From assembly GCF_964355755.1 (NCBI RefSeq), contig NC_092674.1, positions 26,536,001 to 26,600,000 of the forward strand: a stretch of 64,000 nt of DNA, read 5' to 3'. Both the position numbers and the translations under genes were made by a program. This document shows, piece by piece, positions 52,443 to 64,000 of the stretch. The notes under the pieces were generated by a model. That model ran no database searches. It was not told the origin of the DNA and saw only the letters and a list, made by a program, of their open reading frames with translations. The stretch is from Antedon mediterranea. Its lineage: Eukaryota; Animalia; Echinodermata. Each line of letters begins with the position of its first letter. The first letter of the stretch is position 1.

Positions 52443-53450
52443 GTGAGTTTATAATGTTATTTGTTGAAATGTATGTTGTTTTAGTTCAGGTCACCTTGTT
52501 CGTCTAGTATCATTTCTTTATACCCAGTATAATTTCAACTAGGCTCTTTTTTTTTTGTGCACAGTATTACCCAATGAAACCTTTTAAAAATATTAAGTGA
52601 GCGCTATTACATTTTTAACACCCACAAGATCATTCATTTTTTTATTCATAATCATATTAACTACTGTAGATTTTGAAGTCGATAACTTTATTACAACAGC
52701 CCATATGAAAACAAAAATACCCTTTGAAATAGACAAATGTATTACTGTATACCACGTCATGTTTCCATAAGTGGCCTATTAAATTCAAATCATGAAGTCT
52801 CCAAGTACACAACGACCTCTGGATTGCGCGGCAACACAAAGCCCTACTTGTGCCCCATATTAATTGGCCCCAAACATTTTTACAGCCCTGTTATAACGTT
52901 TCTTGCAGGCTATATGTTTTTTAACACGTAATCCAAAAACAGCTGTCGACATGAGACTGTATTTAAAGTGCTTCACATCATAAAACAATATTTCTTCTGT
53001 GGTTCACTTTAATATGATTTAGTAAAATTTAATATTTATATTTTCCAATTGATAAAGTAAATTACCAAGATGAAGAATAACAATACATCTACTATTTTTT
53101 CCCAATTATAAATTGATTTTCTTAATAATAATACTGCAGTGCAAGTACTATCTTTACTACTATATAGCTGGATACAGTAGGAAGCAGGCCTATGTCCTTC
53201 TTCATATCTGTTCTTTAAACAAAGTTTAATGTGAAACTGTTATTAAAACAATTTTAACGCAAGTACAGTATCTCAAAGTTTTGTGTACCGAAAAAGAATC
53301 TATGCTGTTTGTGTGTATATATATATATATACTGTATATATATATATACAGCAGCTGAGTAATATCTTACATCTACAATTAAATGGAAGATATACAAGTT
53401 CTGTATCTAAGGATATAATTGTACTGGGTAGGTGGGTGGAAATACACTTA

Positions 53451-53615
53451 AGCTCTGTCTACTATCAAATTAGTTTTGACAAAAAAAAAGTTGGATGTGC
53501 CCAAATATGATACTTGTGATATTCCCAAATATGGTTGTGATATGACATCATCATGTCAATATATGGGCACATCACATTTTTTTGTCACATAAAGTTTGAT
53601 GGTGTAGACAGTGCT
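53451..53615. mobile_element. ~165-bp MITE family copy, full length
   Basis: Both TIRs, TTA TSD (53448-53450, 53616-53618). Confidence 0.9.
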
Positions 53616-54393
53616 TTAGTGTTGGTTGGTTCTAACCAGCCTAACTTCAATGCAGCCCTACTCAAGAAACTATTTTGTTGACACCGTAGGCTTCTCTAGC
53701 CACATCCACTCCCTGTGTATCTATAACAGTAAACATGCCCACTGCATAGTAGAAATCAGAGTAATTGAGCATATCAACCTTGAACAAATTGATTTCAGAA
53801 GGAAAATTTTATAGCTAAAATATATGCATGTTTACTATTTTAACTTAAGATATTTTACACTGTTTTTGAGTAAACAAGGTTGTAAAGGACAACGGATGTT
53901 GTTAGAAGTTGGTTGACATAATCGTCAAGGACTTTTGTAGGAGTAATTATTGGCCTGGTTTATTGAAGAGGAAGAGATCGTACGCGAAGATTCTATTAAA
54001 ATTATTAAATTAACATTATAATCAAAATTAAACTAAATCCAAACTTTAAAATTAATTTGATTGAATATATTTCAAAAGATAAAATCATTTTTATGTAATT
54101 TGAAACCGTATTGGTTATAAATATGAATAATTTGATGTAAACAGATGGTGTTAATGTATGGAGGCCATATTGCCATCACTTCCTGCACCTGATTTCATTG
54201 TCATTGGTTTTATTATGTGACTTTGAAATTACATAAATGTACTGTACCATTCTTGAGTACCATAGTACATTGTGTGTAAGGAGTTTAGTTGACTTCTTGT
54301 TTCATAATGTGAGTTTTGATGGTTATTGATGCGTTATTGTGCATGAGGATGTGTAAATACACCTACAGTACAGTACCACCAAATCAAGACGTA

Positions 54394-54563
54394 CAGTGGT
54401 AGTCATGGGAGTGGGGGGGGGGGGGAACAATTGTTTGAACAAACTTCTCTTTTCGATTAAGAGCCCTTTTTAAACTAGAGATAGCGGAAGTGATGGTAAT
54501 TGCAATTTGTATCTCTTTTATAAAAAAAAAAACCACTTTATAAAAATCCTGGCTATGGGCTTG
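54394..54563. mobile_element. Probable hAT-like MITE remnant
   Basis: The terminus AAAAATCCTGGCTATGGGCT also occurs at 30626-30645 (AAAAATCCTGGCTACGGGCT), each near a poly-G/C run. TSD not identified. Confidence 0.4.
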
Positions 54564-54646
54564 ATATAATATTTTTCTTGTGGGTGTTGGCAAACTCACT
54601 AAAATATTGTTTTTCTTTACCTTAATTTTTTTCTTTTTTTAAATAG

Positions 54647-56075
54647 GGTGACGATTCTGATGAGGAGGACCAGTGTGCAATTAGTGACAAGTGGCATTTT
54701 CAGAGGAGCAGTCGGCGTTGGTCTCGCAAATTGGCAGAGGATGCCGTATTTGTTTCACCAAGAGATTCTTGTAGTTATCAGTCACAAGAGGGCTCACCAA
54801 ACACAAGCACGAACATTGAAAGCAGTAGTCGCGAAAGTATGACCAGCGACAGTGAACATACTGGCGGGTACTCCAGCGCAAGTAGCCACGAAAGTCCGGC
54901 AATTTCACATAAATCATTCTCTCCAACATTTGCACAAGATTCACCATTATTTCCTCAATTTCCAATTAGTCCCACATCCCCGAAAAGTCTTTCACCGCCG
55001 TTTTCACCTGTTAATGGCGCACCTCGAAATGCTGTTATTGAGATAAAACCATCAAATAAGAAAATAATGGTTATTAACAATAATTCTCAAAAACAAGAGG
55101 ACAAAATGACAAGTGCAAAAAGTTTTCTCAAACGATTAGATAGTTTCAAATCAAGGCGTGGTGGAAGTTTGCGGAAAAAACATCACAGTGGTACGTTGAA
55201 AATCAGTGCACCAGTAAGTCCAGTTGATTCTCAGGATTTTCAATCGCGAATTGAAATATATAAATGCATAGACGTTGAAGCAGCGCAAAAAGCACATTTG
55301 AAATCTACCGCAACTGTAAGACGATCTAATAGTACTCTTGAAAGTCGAGATCGTTCAAAGAGATTTGGTAGAGTGTTCTCGGAGCCCAGCTCACCCGTTC
55401 TAAATCGTAAACTGGGCGCTTTGAAAAAAGATTCTGAAAATAATTTAAACGAAAATATGGTTGATAGTGAAGAAACATTAACAGGAGATAAAGAACCTAC
55501 GGACAATGCGACAAATTTTAACGAAAAAAGTCAAACTCTAAAACATGAAACAATAAGAAAATCAAGTTCGTCGCAGTCTGAGGATGAACTTGATGATTCG
55601 TTGTTTTGCCATCGTCGTAGAACGGGTAGTTTTTACGATAACGTACCAGGAGAGGGCAACACTAGTTTAGATAATTACTCGGATATTTACGAGGAATGTT
55701 TTGAAAACGATCTGAAATCCGAAATTTATAAACTACAGCATCTTGGTGGACGAAGAGTCCGTTGCGCAAGCACGCCAGCATATTTAGATGATGATTGGTC
55801 AGAACCGTATGTAATGGAATCGGACGATGATATCTTTACAGAGAAGCAACGTATTTTGGAAGATATTAAACAATTGTCTGTTAGTAATAAGGACGATCTT
55901 GAAGAGCATCCTCAGCGAGACCGAAGTTGTAGCCTACCGGTCCATAGCACTCCGTTTAAATTAGGGGACGCACAATTTAATAATGAAAATGGTATGGATC
56001 CGTACGATGAAGTTGAAATGTTATTAAATGGGATAAATAAGAGCATCAATGAAATGCAAGAAACTTTCGGAGTTA
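54647..56075 (+). CDS. DLC1: DLC1/STARD13-family RhoGAP, large Ser-rich linker exon
   Basis: Polypyrimidine tract + TAG acceptor, GTAAGT donor at 56076, 1429 nt, phase 0-1. Begins GDDSDEEDQCAISDKWHFQRSSRRWSR (DLC signature DSDEDxxCAISxKWTFQRxSxRWSR). Contains KSFLKRLDS, LKISAPV and SFYDNVPG, and encompasses most of the 464-aa ORF. Confidence 0.96.
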
Positions 56076-56329
56076 GTAAGTATAAAAGTATTAGATTTTT
56101 ATCATTATTAGAATATCATTTATAAATAGCAAAAAAAAAATCATTTTTTAGAAATTTACTTTCTTATACAGTATTTGAAAAATCTTTCTGAATGTTTTAG
56201 TATGCAACTGATAATACACTATACAATAAAAACTACTGTTATTTACATAGTTGTGTCAAAGGTCATCTTTTGAATATGAAAGTGATATTAATACAGTTCT
56301 ATATCTATAAATGGTTTTTATTACTTTAG

Positions 56330-56651
56330 GTGATAGTAGTATGTCTTCAGTGTCATCGCAACTGTCTTTGTCACACGGGTCAGAAGTCTCGCCATTCCAT
56401 TCTCCGGCTGTCTCCCCATTGCCGTCCCCTGTGCCCTCTCCGTCAGCCTCTCCATTCCCCTCACCACTTCTGACGCCGAGTGTAGACCTCATGGAGAAAT
56501 CCACTGATGGAGATACTGGAATAGAAGGCGTTTCATCCTGTAGTGGAATGGATACAAATGGTTCCTTAGATGAGCTAAGAGAAGAACAAGGTGCAGAGTT
56601 CCGTGAACGCCGTGATTCAGGTGTTGGGAGCTCTTTGACCAGGCACGCAAG
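56330..56651 (+). CDS. DLC1: DLC1/STARD13-family RhoGAP, linker exon ending FRERRDSGVGSSLTR
   Basis: TTTAG acceptor, AG|GTAAAA donor, phase 1-2. RERRDSGVG(A/S)SLTR is a hallmark of DLC1/2/3 and cv-c. Confidence 0.95.
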
Positions 56652-58878
56652 GTAAAAATGCATTTTTTAAATCTAATTTTATTTCAGATCTTTATCAACC
56701 TTTAAACATGTGTTTACAAAGATACATAGAAATAGAAACTTGGTACTCCAATACTATATAAATATTTATATGTTAAAGCCATAGCAAGTACAGTATATAA
56801 TGTTATTATCAAATACTGTATATTAAACTATGGTTTTGATAATATGTAGCAATTGTATGATATATTTTATTTCCTGTAATGGATATGAAATATAAGATTG
56901 CCCTTCACAACATGAGGTAGTTAACTTTTGGTAAATATATTTCTAGTCCTTGTTGTATTAGGAATAGCATATGTGCTAGACACCCACTGTCAATGTCTTC
57001 CATCCAGCCTAATGCTTGTTTTAATGCCTTTTACACCAAGCCTAATTTCACCGCACCTATCTGAAATACCTCTGTATACAAAGTACCCTTTTTTACATCC
57101 ACCCCTACTGCTTTGTGATCTAGATATACTTCTTCATTTATGGTAAGATTTCACAAGTGGTGTTACAATATTGAGTTTGAACATGAAGGAACATATTTTA
57201 GGCTATACAGTAGTAGTAGTAACTGTATTGTTAGTTTTAGCATGGAGGTTTGTCCATGGTTTTAAAAATGTTCATATTTTAATTCATCTTAGATGCCATT
57301 CATAATTAAAAGTGAAACCTATACTTACATTTCCCAGCTGTTGCTACAATGCATTACATAGGCTTCCCAGGAATATGTAGTTTGGTCACAGCTTCCTGGT
57401 AGCACCAATACCCAGTTGTATTTCCCCAACACCACAACATGACCAGGTCAACTGACCTGGTTCTGTTTACTAGGTCATGTTGACCTGGGCTGGTTGCTGT
57501 GGGCTTGTAACTAGAATCTGTCAAGCACTGTGGGCAAGCGTTTACAATCCAACAGAGTCGACATGGAGGCTTAGGTGATAGAGGTCAAATTAAACCAACA
57601 TGGATGCTGATTCGGAGGTCAATATTCGTGTTTCAGGGTTCAAATTTTTTTCCAAGTTCATCTTAATTTTATCTAGCACCCACCCTGCTAGTAGTATAGT
57701 TCTGCTTAGATGTCTTGCCACCCACAATTACCTCTTTAGTACCAACCATATGCTTTATATATGATCATTTCATAGTTTTTAAATCTTGTGAGTATCTAAT
57801 CTTGAATACTGTACAAGTTTAATGAAAAAGGGATCTTGAATATTCTTAGTTTTCATGAATATAATATAAAGAATATTGGATATAATACCAGTATCCAAGC
57901 TGTTTTAGATAAGAATCTTTCATGAAATGAAAAAAGGATCATTGGATATATCTGAGTTTTGTGGAAAATGATCTTGGATAATTTTTTAAGGAAAGATATC
58001 TTGGGTATACTTAATATTTCTGGAAAAATACTTGAATAAATATCTTTAGAGATTTGTGGATTAAAATTAAATTAATGGAAACGATACTGTATGTCTTAGA
58101 ATTTGAATCTGTATTGTTGTTACTGATGTACTGTACAGTATTGTTCAATTTCAAAAGTTTGTTGCTCCCTACACTATTTCTCATGATGTCATTGTACACT
58201 TCATTGAACTCCATTCTATGGAAGTTTAATGGTGATTTTTGACACTGGAGGTTTCTCGTGATGTCATACTCTGAAACTTTATCCAATAAACTGGACTTTG
58301 GGAATTACTTAAGCAGTACAGTGATGGTTTGGATACAGAACTGTGGTTTCTTTGTTTATCATTAGTTTGTGGTCTTGTAATAAGATACAATAGGCTAGGT
58401 CTTGTTTATATTTCCATAGTGCACTTTCAAACTTGCATAAAAATATTAACGATAGGATATTTAATAACTTAGACGGGTTCAGACATACGTTGTTGTGTTT
58501 ATGCAAGCAGAGTCCCCTAAAGCTATTCAATTTTGTTGATTATCCTGATCGAAAGAACCACATCCGTATTTTTCTTCAATAAATGACCAGTTTATTGACT
58601 TTAAGGTCGTTGGTCAACCCCATAATGGTTGCTAAATTCATATTCCCGGCCTTTCCTAGCTTACCTAGGCATCATTCCTCAATCCATCACATCACTTTTC
58701 AAAATCCAAATCTTCCATTAAATAAATGTAAGGCCTACACTACCTTTTACTTTTATCAATCATACTAACATAGTTGTTTTAATTGTTTATTGTACTATAC
58801 GTCTGTACCTTCATGTAAACTTATAGAATCATTGTACTTTGATGTAATTTGTTTTTTCTTCAATTTTAATTTTAACAG

Positions 58879-58944
58879 TGCTAAACGAACTCGTATCCGA
58901 TGGCACAGTTTCCAGAAATCTCATCGTCCAAGTCTCAATTCAAG
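58879..58944 (+). CDS. DLC1: DLC1/STARD13-family RhoGAP, pre-GAP exon (SAKRTRIRWHSFQKSHRPSLNS)
   Basis: AACAG acceptor, GTAAGC donor, 66 nt, phase 2-2. Matches the RLRWHSFQxSHRPSLNS motif. Confidence 0.94.
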
Positions 58945-59119
58945 GTAAGCAGCACAGCTTTATTACTTCACTTCATTGCAATGCTGTATCCAATTTTATC
59001 AACAAAGTCCACTTCACTGCATATTAACTGCAGTTGATACAGAAAATATTATGTGAAAATTTAAACCCAAACTATAAACAGAATGACCTGTGTGTGAGCC
59101 ATCAATCGCAGACTGGCAT

Positions 59120-59570
59120 ATTCTAAAATGCAACAAATTTGCTAGTTTTTCATCATCATCATGAACTCGTATCTAGTTCATAATTAACATTTATGCAACT
59201 AATAAAACGGGTTTTCATCTATCTATCATGAACTGGAATATAGTGACCAATTGACATAATCACACAATGCAACAAATATGTTTTCTTCACTCTGCAACTG
59301 GTACCTTAATTTCTACAAAGAAAATTGATGCAATCCAACAATGCAACAGATATGGTTTCTTCACTCTGCAACTAGTAACTTTAATTTCTTACAAAACAAA
59401 TGAATGCAATCCTCACCATGTTCAAAAGATATGCCTGTTCTTCATCAATTAAATTAACTGGTATCTAGATTTTGTTTCTCCACTTCCAAACTGTCTTTCT
59501 GTTAATAAAATCACATGGAGATAAAATCCTAAAATGGCTGTTCTTCATCAATCTCAAATCTTAATTTCTA
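59120..59570. repeat. Old degenerate ~70-bp tandem repeat
   Basis: Recurring ATGCAACA(A/G)AT...TTCTTCACTCTGCAACT(G/A)GTA...TTAATTTCT blocks (e.g. 59267 and 59340). Confidence 0.6.
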
Positions 59571-62500
59571 GCCCAAACCAAACTTTTTCTACTAATCAAA
59601 TCGAAAAAGCTTGATTGATATCAACCAATCCTCATACATAATCTTTAACTTACTCGTGGTTGTTGCTGATTTTCAATAGATATCTTTTGTTACTTTTAAT
59701 TAATGTTGGCAGTCAGGATGCGTTCTGATTGAGAATACAGGAACTAATTTTGCTCGTGGTCTAATCTTGAAATAAATTACCAGTTTGTGTGTTTATCTAG
59801 ATTTGTAAACCATGTATCAAGTTTGTCAACTTCCAATATATGTCTTTCCTTCCCCCTTTATTTAATAAATACCACTTCAAAATGTCATCATTTCATTTAA
59901 AAGTTTCCCCTTCCTTTCCCAGTTAAAATGAATAACTATATTATGAAAAATAATGTCACTATACAGATAAGATGCACAATCTTTTTAAATAATACATAAA
60001 AAAATGTTGATTACCAACAAAAAATGGTACTTTTTCTCGTTGGCTTTGTTTTGAATAGCTGTTCAAATTTTTGCGGCAAATGAATATAGCCGTTGGTTTC
60101 GACAATTAGTTGTTTAAATTATTTATGTTAACGTGCATATTTAGTTACAATTCATAAACTTGCAGTCAATACACAACTAAAATCAGCAGGTTTTTATTTG
60201 CTCAGCTCGGGATTTTGTTTCCAACTTGAATATTCTGTTGCGTTTATTTAGCATTGATACTTGGGTGTTTGAAATTTCCATGTTGTTACTATGGATATTA
60301 TTGGCTATGTTTCAAGTATGCAAAATGTAACAAAACAGATATCGTTTAGATATTTAGCCCACCATGGGTAACATGATCATTGCGTATAGCCTCATAAATA
60401 TATAGTACAGCATGTGTTTAATGATGCCTGAATTTAGCCTAGAATCTTCTAGCCTAGCACAGAGATATTGAATACCTCTACTTGTGAGCCAAGTGTCCTG
60501 ATGATGTAAATTTTAGAAGCATGGAGTAATTGTCTGGCCTAGGTTCAGTGTGCGGGCACTGAGATTAATTCAGTTGCCGCCTGCCCTAACTCTTGTCTAC
60601 CACAAGGATGTCTAAAGTTGGTTTATACTTTGGAAAACAAAAAAAAGTAGTTTTTTTTAAGTCTAGTTCAGTTCACGATGTAGAAGAACTAATCATGTAG
60701 TCTGGCTTTATACCAGGTTTATTGTCTGCTTCTGACAGACTTCTGGATCTTGAAGACTAATGAAGCAGAAATGTAACATTAATTACTCTCATTACAAAAT
60801 ATCTGATTTACAGGTTTCATATTTATAGTTTTTAACAAAGCGACAATTAGGTTAATTTGAGTAATTAATTAGCATGCATATTTAATTTAGAAAATAACAG
60901 ATTTTTGTGGCGTCATCAGTTTATTCAAATTACAGTATACAAGATAGCAGAGTTTGGTTAGTATATAACAAAAACAAGCATTAACTGATAATACACAGAA
61001 CAATATATACAAATTGTTGCAGAGTTTAACTATAATAATATCTCTATGATAATACACAGTAAAATCTGGCTAATTTAATAATCATAGATATAATTTCTTG
61101 TATCCAGCAAAAATTTAATGTTATTAATTATTTCCTTGGTTCAAGGGAAGAATGCCATTGATTTTATTTAAAGACATGAGTACATATCTTAACAACATTA
61201 AAACGTTGATGAAAAATAAATTATAGAAGATGTTCTACGACGTTACACAAATTATATTTCCTCGTGGAAAGAACTGATCGTCTGTTTAATATCAACTTTA
61301 AAAATGAACGTCTTGTGCAACGTACAAACATGATAACAAAATTTATTGATATTGGTGCCGACAAATGACTGGCTTTCCTCTTATGTTGCGGCAGTAATGA
61401 CCCAATGATGACTTCAAGGACCCTAAACCAGAGGGGCTTGCAAAGGGCAAAGTTGGTGGCATGCCCTTGCATCAGTTTTATGGTCGAATTATTTTAGTGG
61501 TTTTGGTTTGTGGTTAACTTGTTTACATTACGATATCAAAATGTATATTACAAAATTTAAAACATTAGTTATGAAATTATGTAGGTTGACATTAGAAATA
61601 CATTAGAAAATTAATTTTATGAAATAAAGGCTGTGTAGCAATTTGAATACAGTATATATAATGACAAAGTTTGTAGTCTAAATTATCTAATAATCATAAT
61701 ATAAAAGTAAATTACTGGGGGGGGGGGGGGTGGAATGACAATGCAGCCTGGTATCATGGGCTGGATCTCAATGGAGATACAAATAAAATAAGCACTGAAA
61801 AAATGACAATGCTGTAGATATCAGTGGCTGGATCTCAATGGAGATACAAAAAAGCAAAAAGCTAAATCAAAACGATAAAGTAAAACAGCCAGTATATTGT
61901 TATAAACTAGGCCTATGAATATGATATGAATCTATTGGAAAAAACACAATAACAATGTGTATACTGTTAAACTGATTAACTGATGTGAATTCATTTACAC
62001 ATTTTTAATAATGAAATTCCTGAATCTGTTTATACAAACGATTGAAATGTTTTGCAAATTCAAAGTCTTTGTCTCACGAACAAATTGATTAACATCGGAG
62101 GACATACAATGCCTTAGGATGCAGCATAATCTAAATTAAATCTGTGTAAATTTCAAAGAACAATTGTACAAACTTTTTAACAAGACTAATCAAGTCAAAA
62201 ATGACCTTAGCTGAACTACTGAGGGCAGCAGATGTTTAAACAGTCTGTGTGGCTTTGTCCTGTTTAAATAATTGAAATTAAAATTTAATTTTGCATAAGT
62301 GCTGGAATGAGAAAGATGTTTTTAAACATTCCTAGTAGACTGCCCATAGCAATCTTGTTTTAAGAATACAGCTGTTTGATAGAATTTTTATGTTCACATG
62401 ATAATTAGAAACAGGCGTAAAATGCTTGTACCTTCACTCTTTCAAGGCGGTTATTATCACACCATGAACGACGATGAAAAGTAATTTAGTTGGCGATTTT

Positions 62501-63459
62501 CAGGAACAGTAGGTGTCAGCGGTAGCACAGGTCATCGTACGGATGACTGATAATAGTTCTTTATTATTTGAAGTGTGAAATTGAATGAAAGTTTTTGATG
62601 TATTTTGGGTATCTACCGAAAAAACACTTGAATAAAATTGTAACGATCTACAACAGCAATTTAATTCATGTTCCTTCTTTCAGTTTGATATCCATGTATT
62701 GCTGTAACCATTTATCTATTTTTATTAATTTTATTTATAATTAATCCATTAATTTAACAATTTATCAATGAATTCTTTCTTTCATTAATAATTTTCAATT
62801 TTTTACTTCACAAATTTACATTCTTTCATCTATTGTTTATAATTTTACCCATTTAATTTACAAATTTTTTATTTTTTTTTTCAATTATATCCATTTTAAT
62901 CTTTAATTCGCTTATTCATTTACTAAATCAATCCTAACTATGCTTTATTCTCATTTATTTTTAATATACATCATTCACTTTTAGCCTTTAATAATCGGAA
63001 ACAGACCTAAAAAATTTAATTGCTTAATGAAATATTTAATTAACTTTCATATTTAACATTTTTCGACAGTTCCTTATTTCTTTTTTTTTTGTTTCAAAAA
63101 TTTTACAGAATTTATTTGATTTGACAAATTGTTTTCTTTACTCAAATCAGTTTGTCAGCAGTTTGAAACAAACTTGTCATCCACCTACAGAAATTTTAAT
63201 AAATACTGACAAATAACGGAAATATCCATATATGGAAAAAAATAAATGAACACGTTTAAATTGAAACAGTTTAATGTTTATTTGTTGAGATTTGTTGGGA
63301 AATGATTAAACATTCTGCAGAGTACTTGATTGAAAACTAATTCCGTGACAGAACAAAACGTTTTTGTACTTTATTTCAACAAAACTAAAAAAAGCTGGAG
63401 CATTGCGCTTTTGGAATTTCCCATTTTCTTTTTTCTGATTTTATTAAGTAAAAAAGTTA

Positions 63460-63601
63460 GGCTCTGTGTACACTATCAAACTTTATGTAAAAAAAATATG
63501 TGATGTGCCCATTATGGACATAATGATGGCATTTCTCTACCATATTTGGGCATATCGCTACCATATTTGGGCACATCAAAATAGTTTGATAGTGTAGAGC
63601 T
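63460..63601. mobile_element. ~165-bp MITE family copy
   Basis: GCTCTGTGTACACTATCAAACTTTATG...CTACCATATTTGGGCA x2...AGTTTGATAGTGTAGAGCT. Confidence 0.85.
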
Positions 63602-64000
63602 TTTAATTCGATTGGCCAGATCCAAATATACAGTAACCTTCACTTACACAATATTTACATTTGAACAATTTTCCAATATTTGTCAGTTTGTTAATTTCGC
63701 GCAAGATTCTAGTTTAGTTTGCTAACTCATTTCCTAAGTTAAGGTCCTTTAAGCGCACTGGGGACAGCTTTTACAAGGATGTTGAGAATGTTCTTGTGAT
63801 CTGATCACCATAAAAATACTTGTGATGCAGATAAAGTTAAGAAAGTAATCAAGAAAATTGTTTATACTAGGAAGTTAAATGTTAAGAAAGAAGTGATGAG
63901 ATTTCTTTTGGGAATTATTTAATAATTAAAGTATGACGTTTAGGATAGGATGCTTAAATTATAATAGAATAAAATGTAAATTTGTTTCACATCGCGGTAG

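Noticed and set aside
54731-56125. 464-aa ORF as a stand-alone gene
   Set aside because: It starts at TTG inside an exon and reads through the 56076 donor. It is an internal exon of the spliced gene.
54681-56663. Antisense and alternate-frame ORFs overlapping the large exons (94, 88, 135 aa etc.)
   Set aside because: Shadow ORFs of a genuine coding region with higher GC; no independent support.
58945-64000. Further RhoGAP/START exons
   Set aside because: No frame resembling the expected LQI...LLKLTAL or VFGVPL motifs was found; 62650-63000 is only AT-rich low-complexity sequence.

Overview
AT-rich eukaryotic (invertebrate metazoan) genomic DNA. A deuterostome such as an echinoderm is suggested by a Deu-type SINE core and DLC1-like exon structure, but this is inference. 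The window covers the 5' half of one + strand, intron-rich gene, an orthologue of the DLC1/STARD13/STARD8 (Drosophila cv-c) RhoGAP family. Six internal coding exons (25414-25485, 43637-43718, 52379-52442, 54647-56075, 56330-56651, 58879-58944) join in one open frame through GT-AG introns. They encode the SAM domain, the long Ser-rich linker and the conserved segment just before the RhoGAP domain. I found no RhoGAP or START exons, so they presumably lie beyond the window. Several short ATG-initiated, phase-1 candidate alternative first exons lie upstream or inside introns. The introns hold many non-autonomous DNA transposons (PIF/Harbinger-type with TWA TSD, including about 13 copies of one ~165-bp MITE; Tc1/mariner-pogo type with TA TSD; Kolobok-type with TTAA TSD). 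They also hold SINEs (one with a 5S rRNA + tRNA + Deu-like composite structure), an RTE LINE 3' end, minisatellites that appear to have grown out of MITEs, and a fold-back/triplication scar. Almost all short ORFs in the supplied track are spurious. I see no evidence of a prokaryote-type system (CRISPR, operon); the most notable items are repeat biology and isoform architecture. All comparisons with known families are from memory, not from searches.
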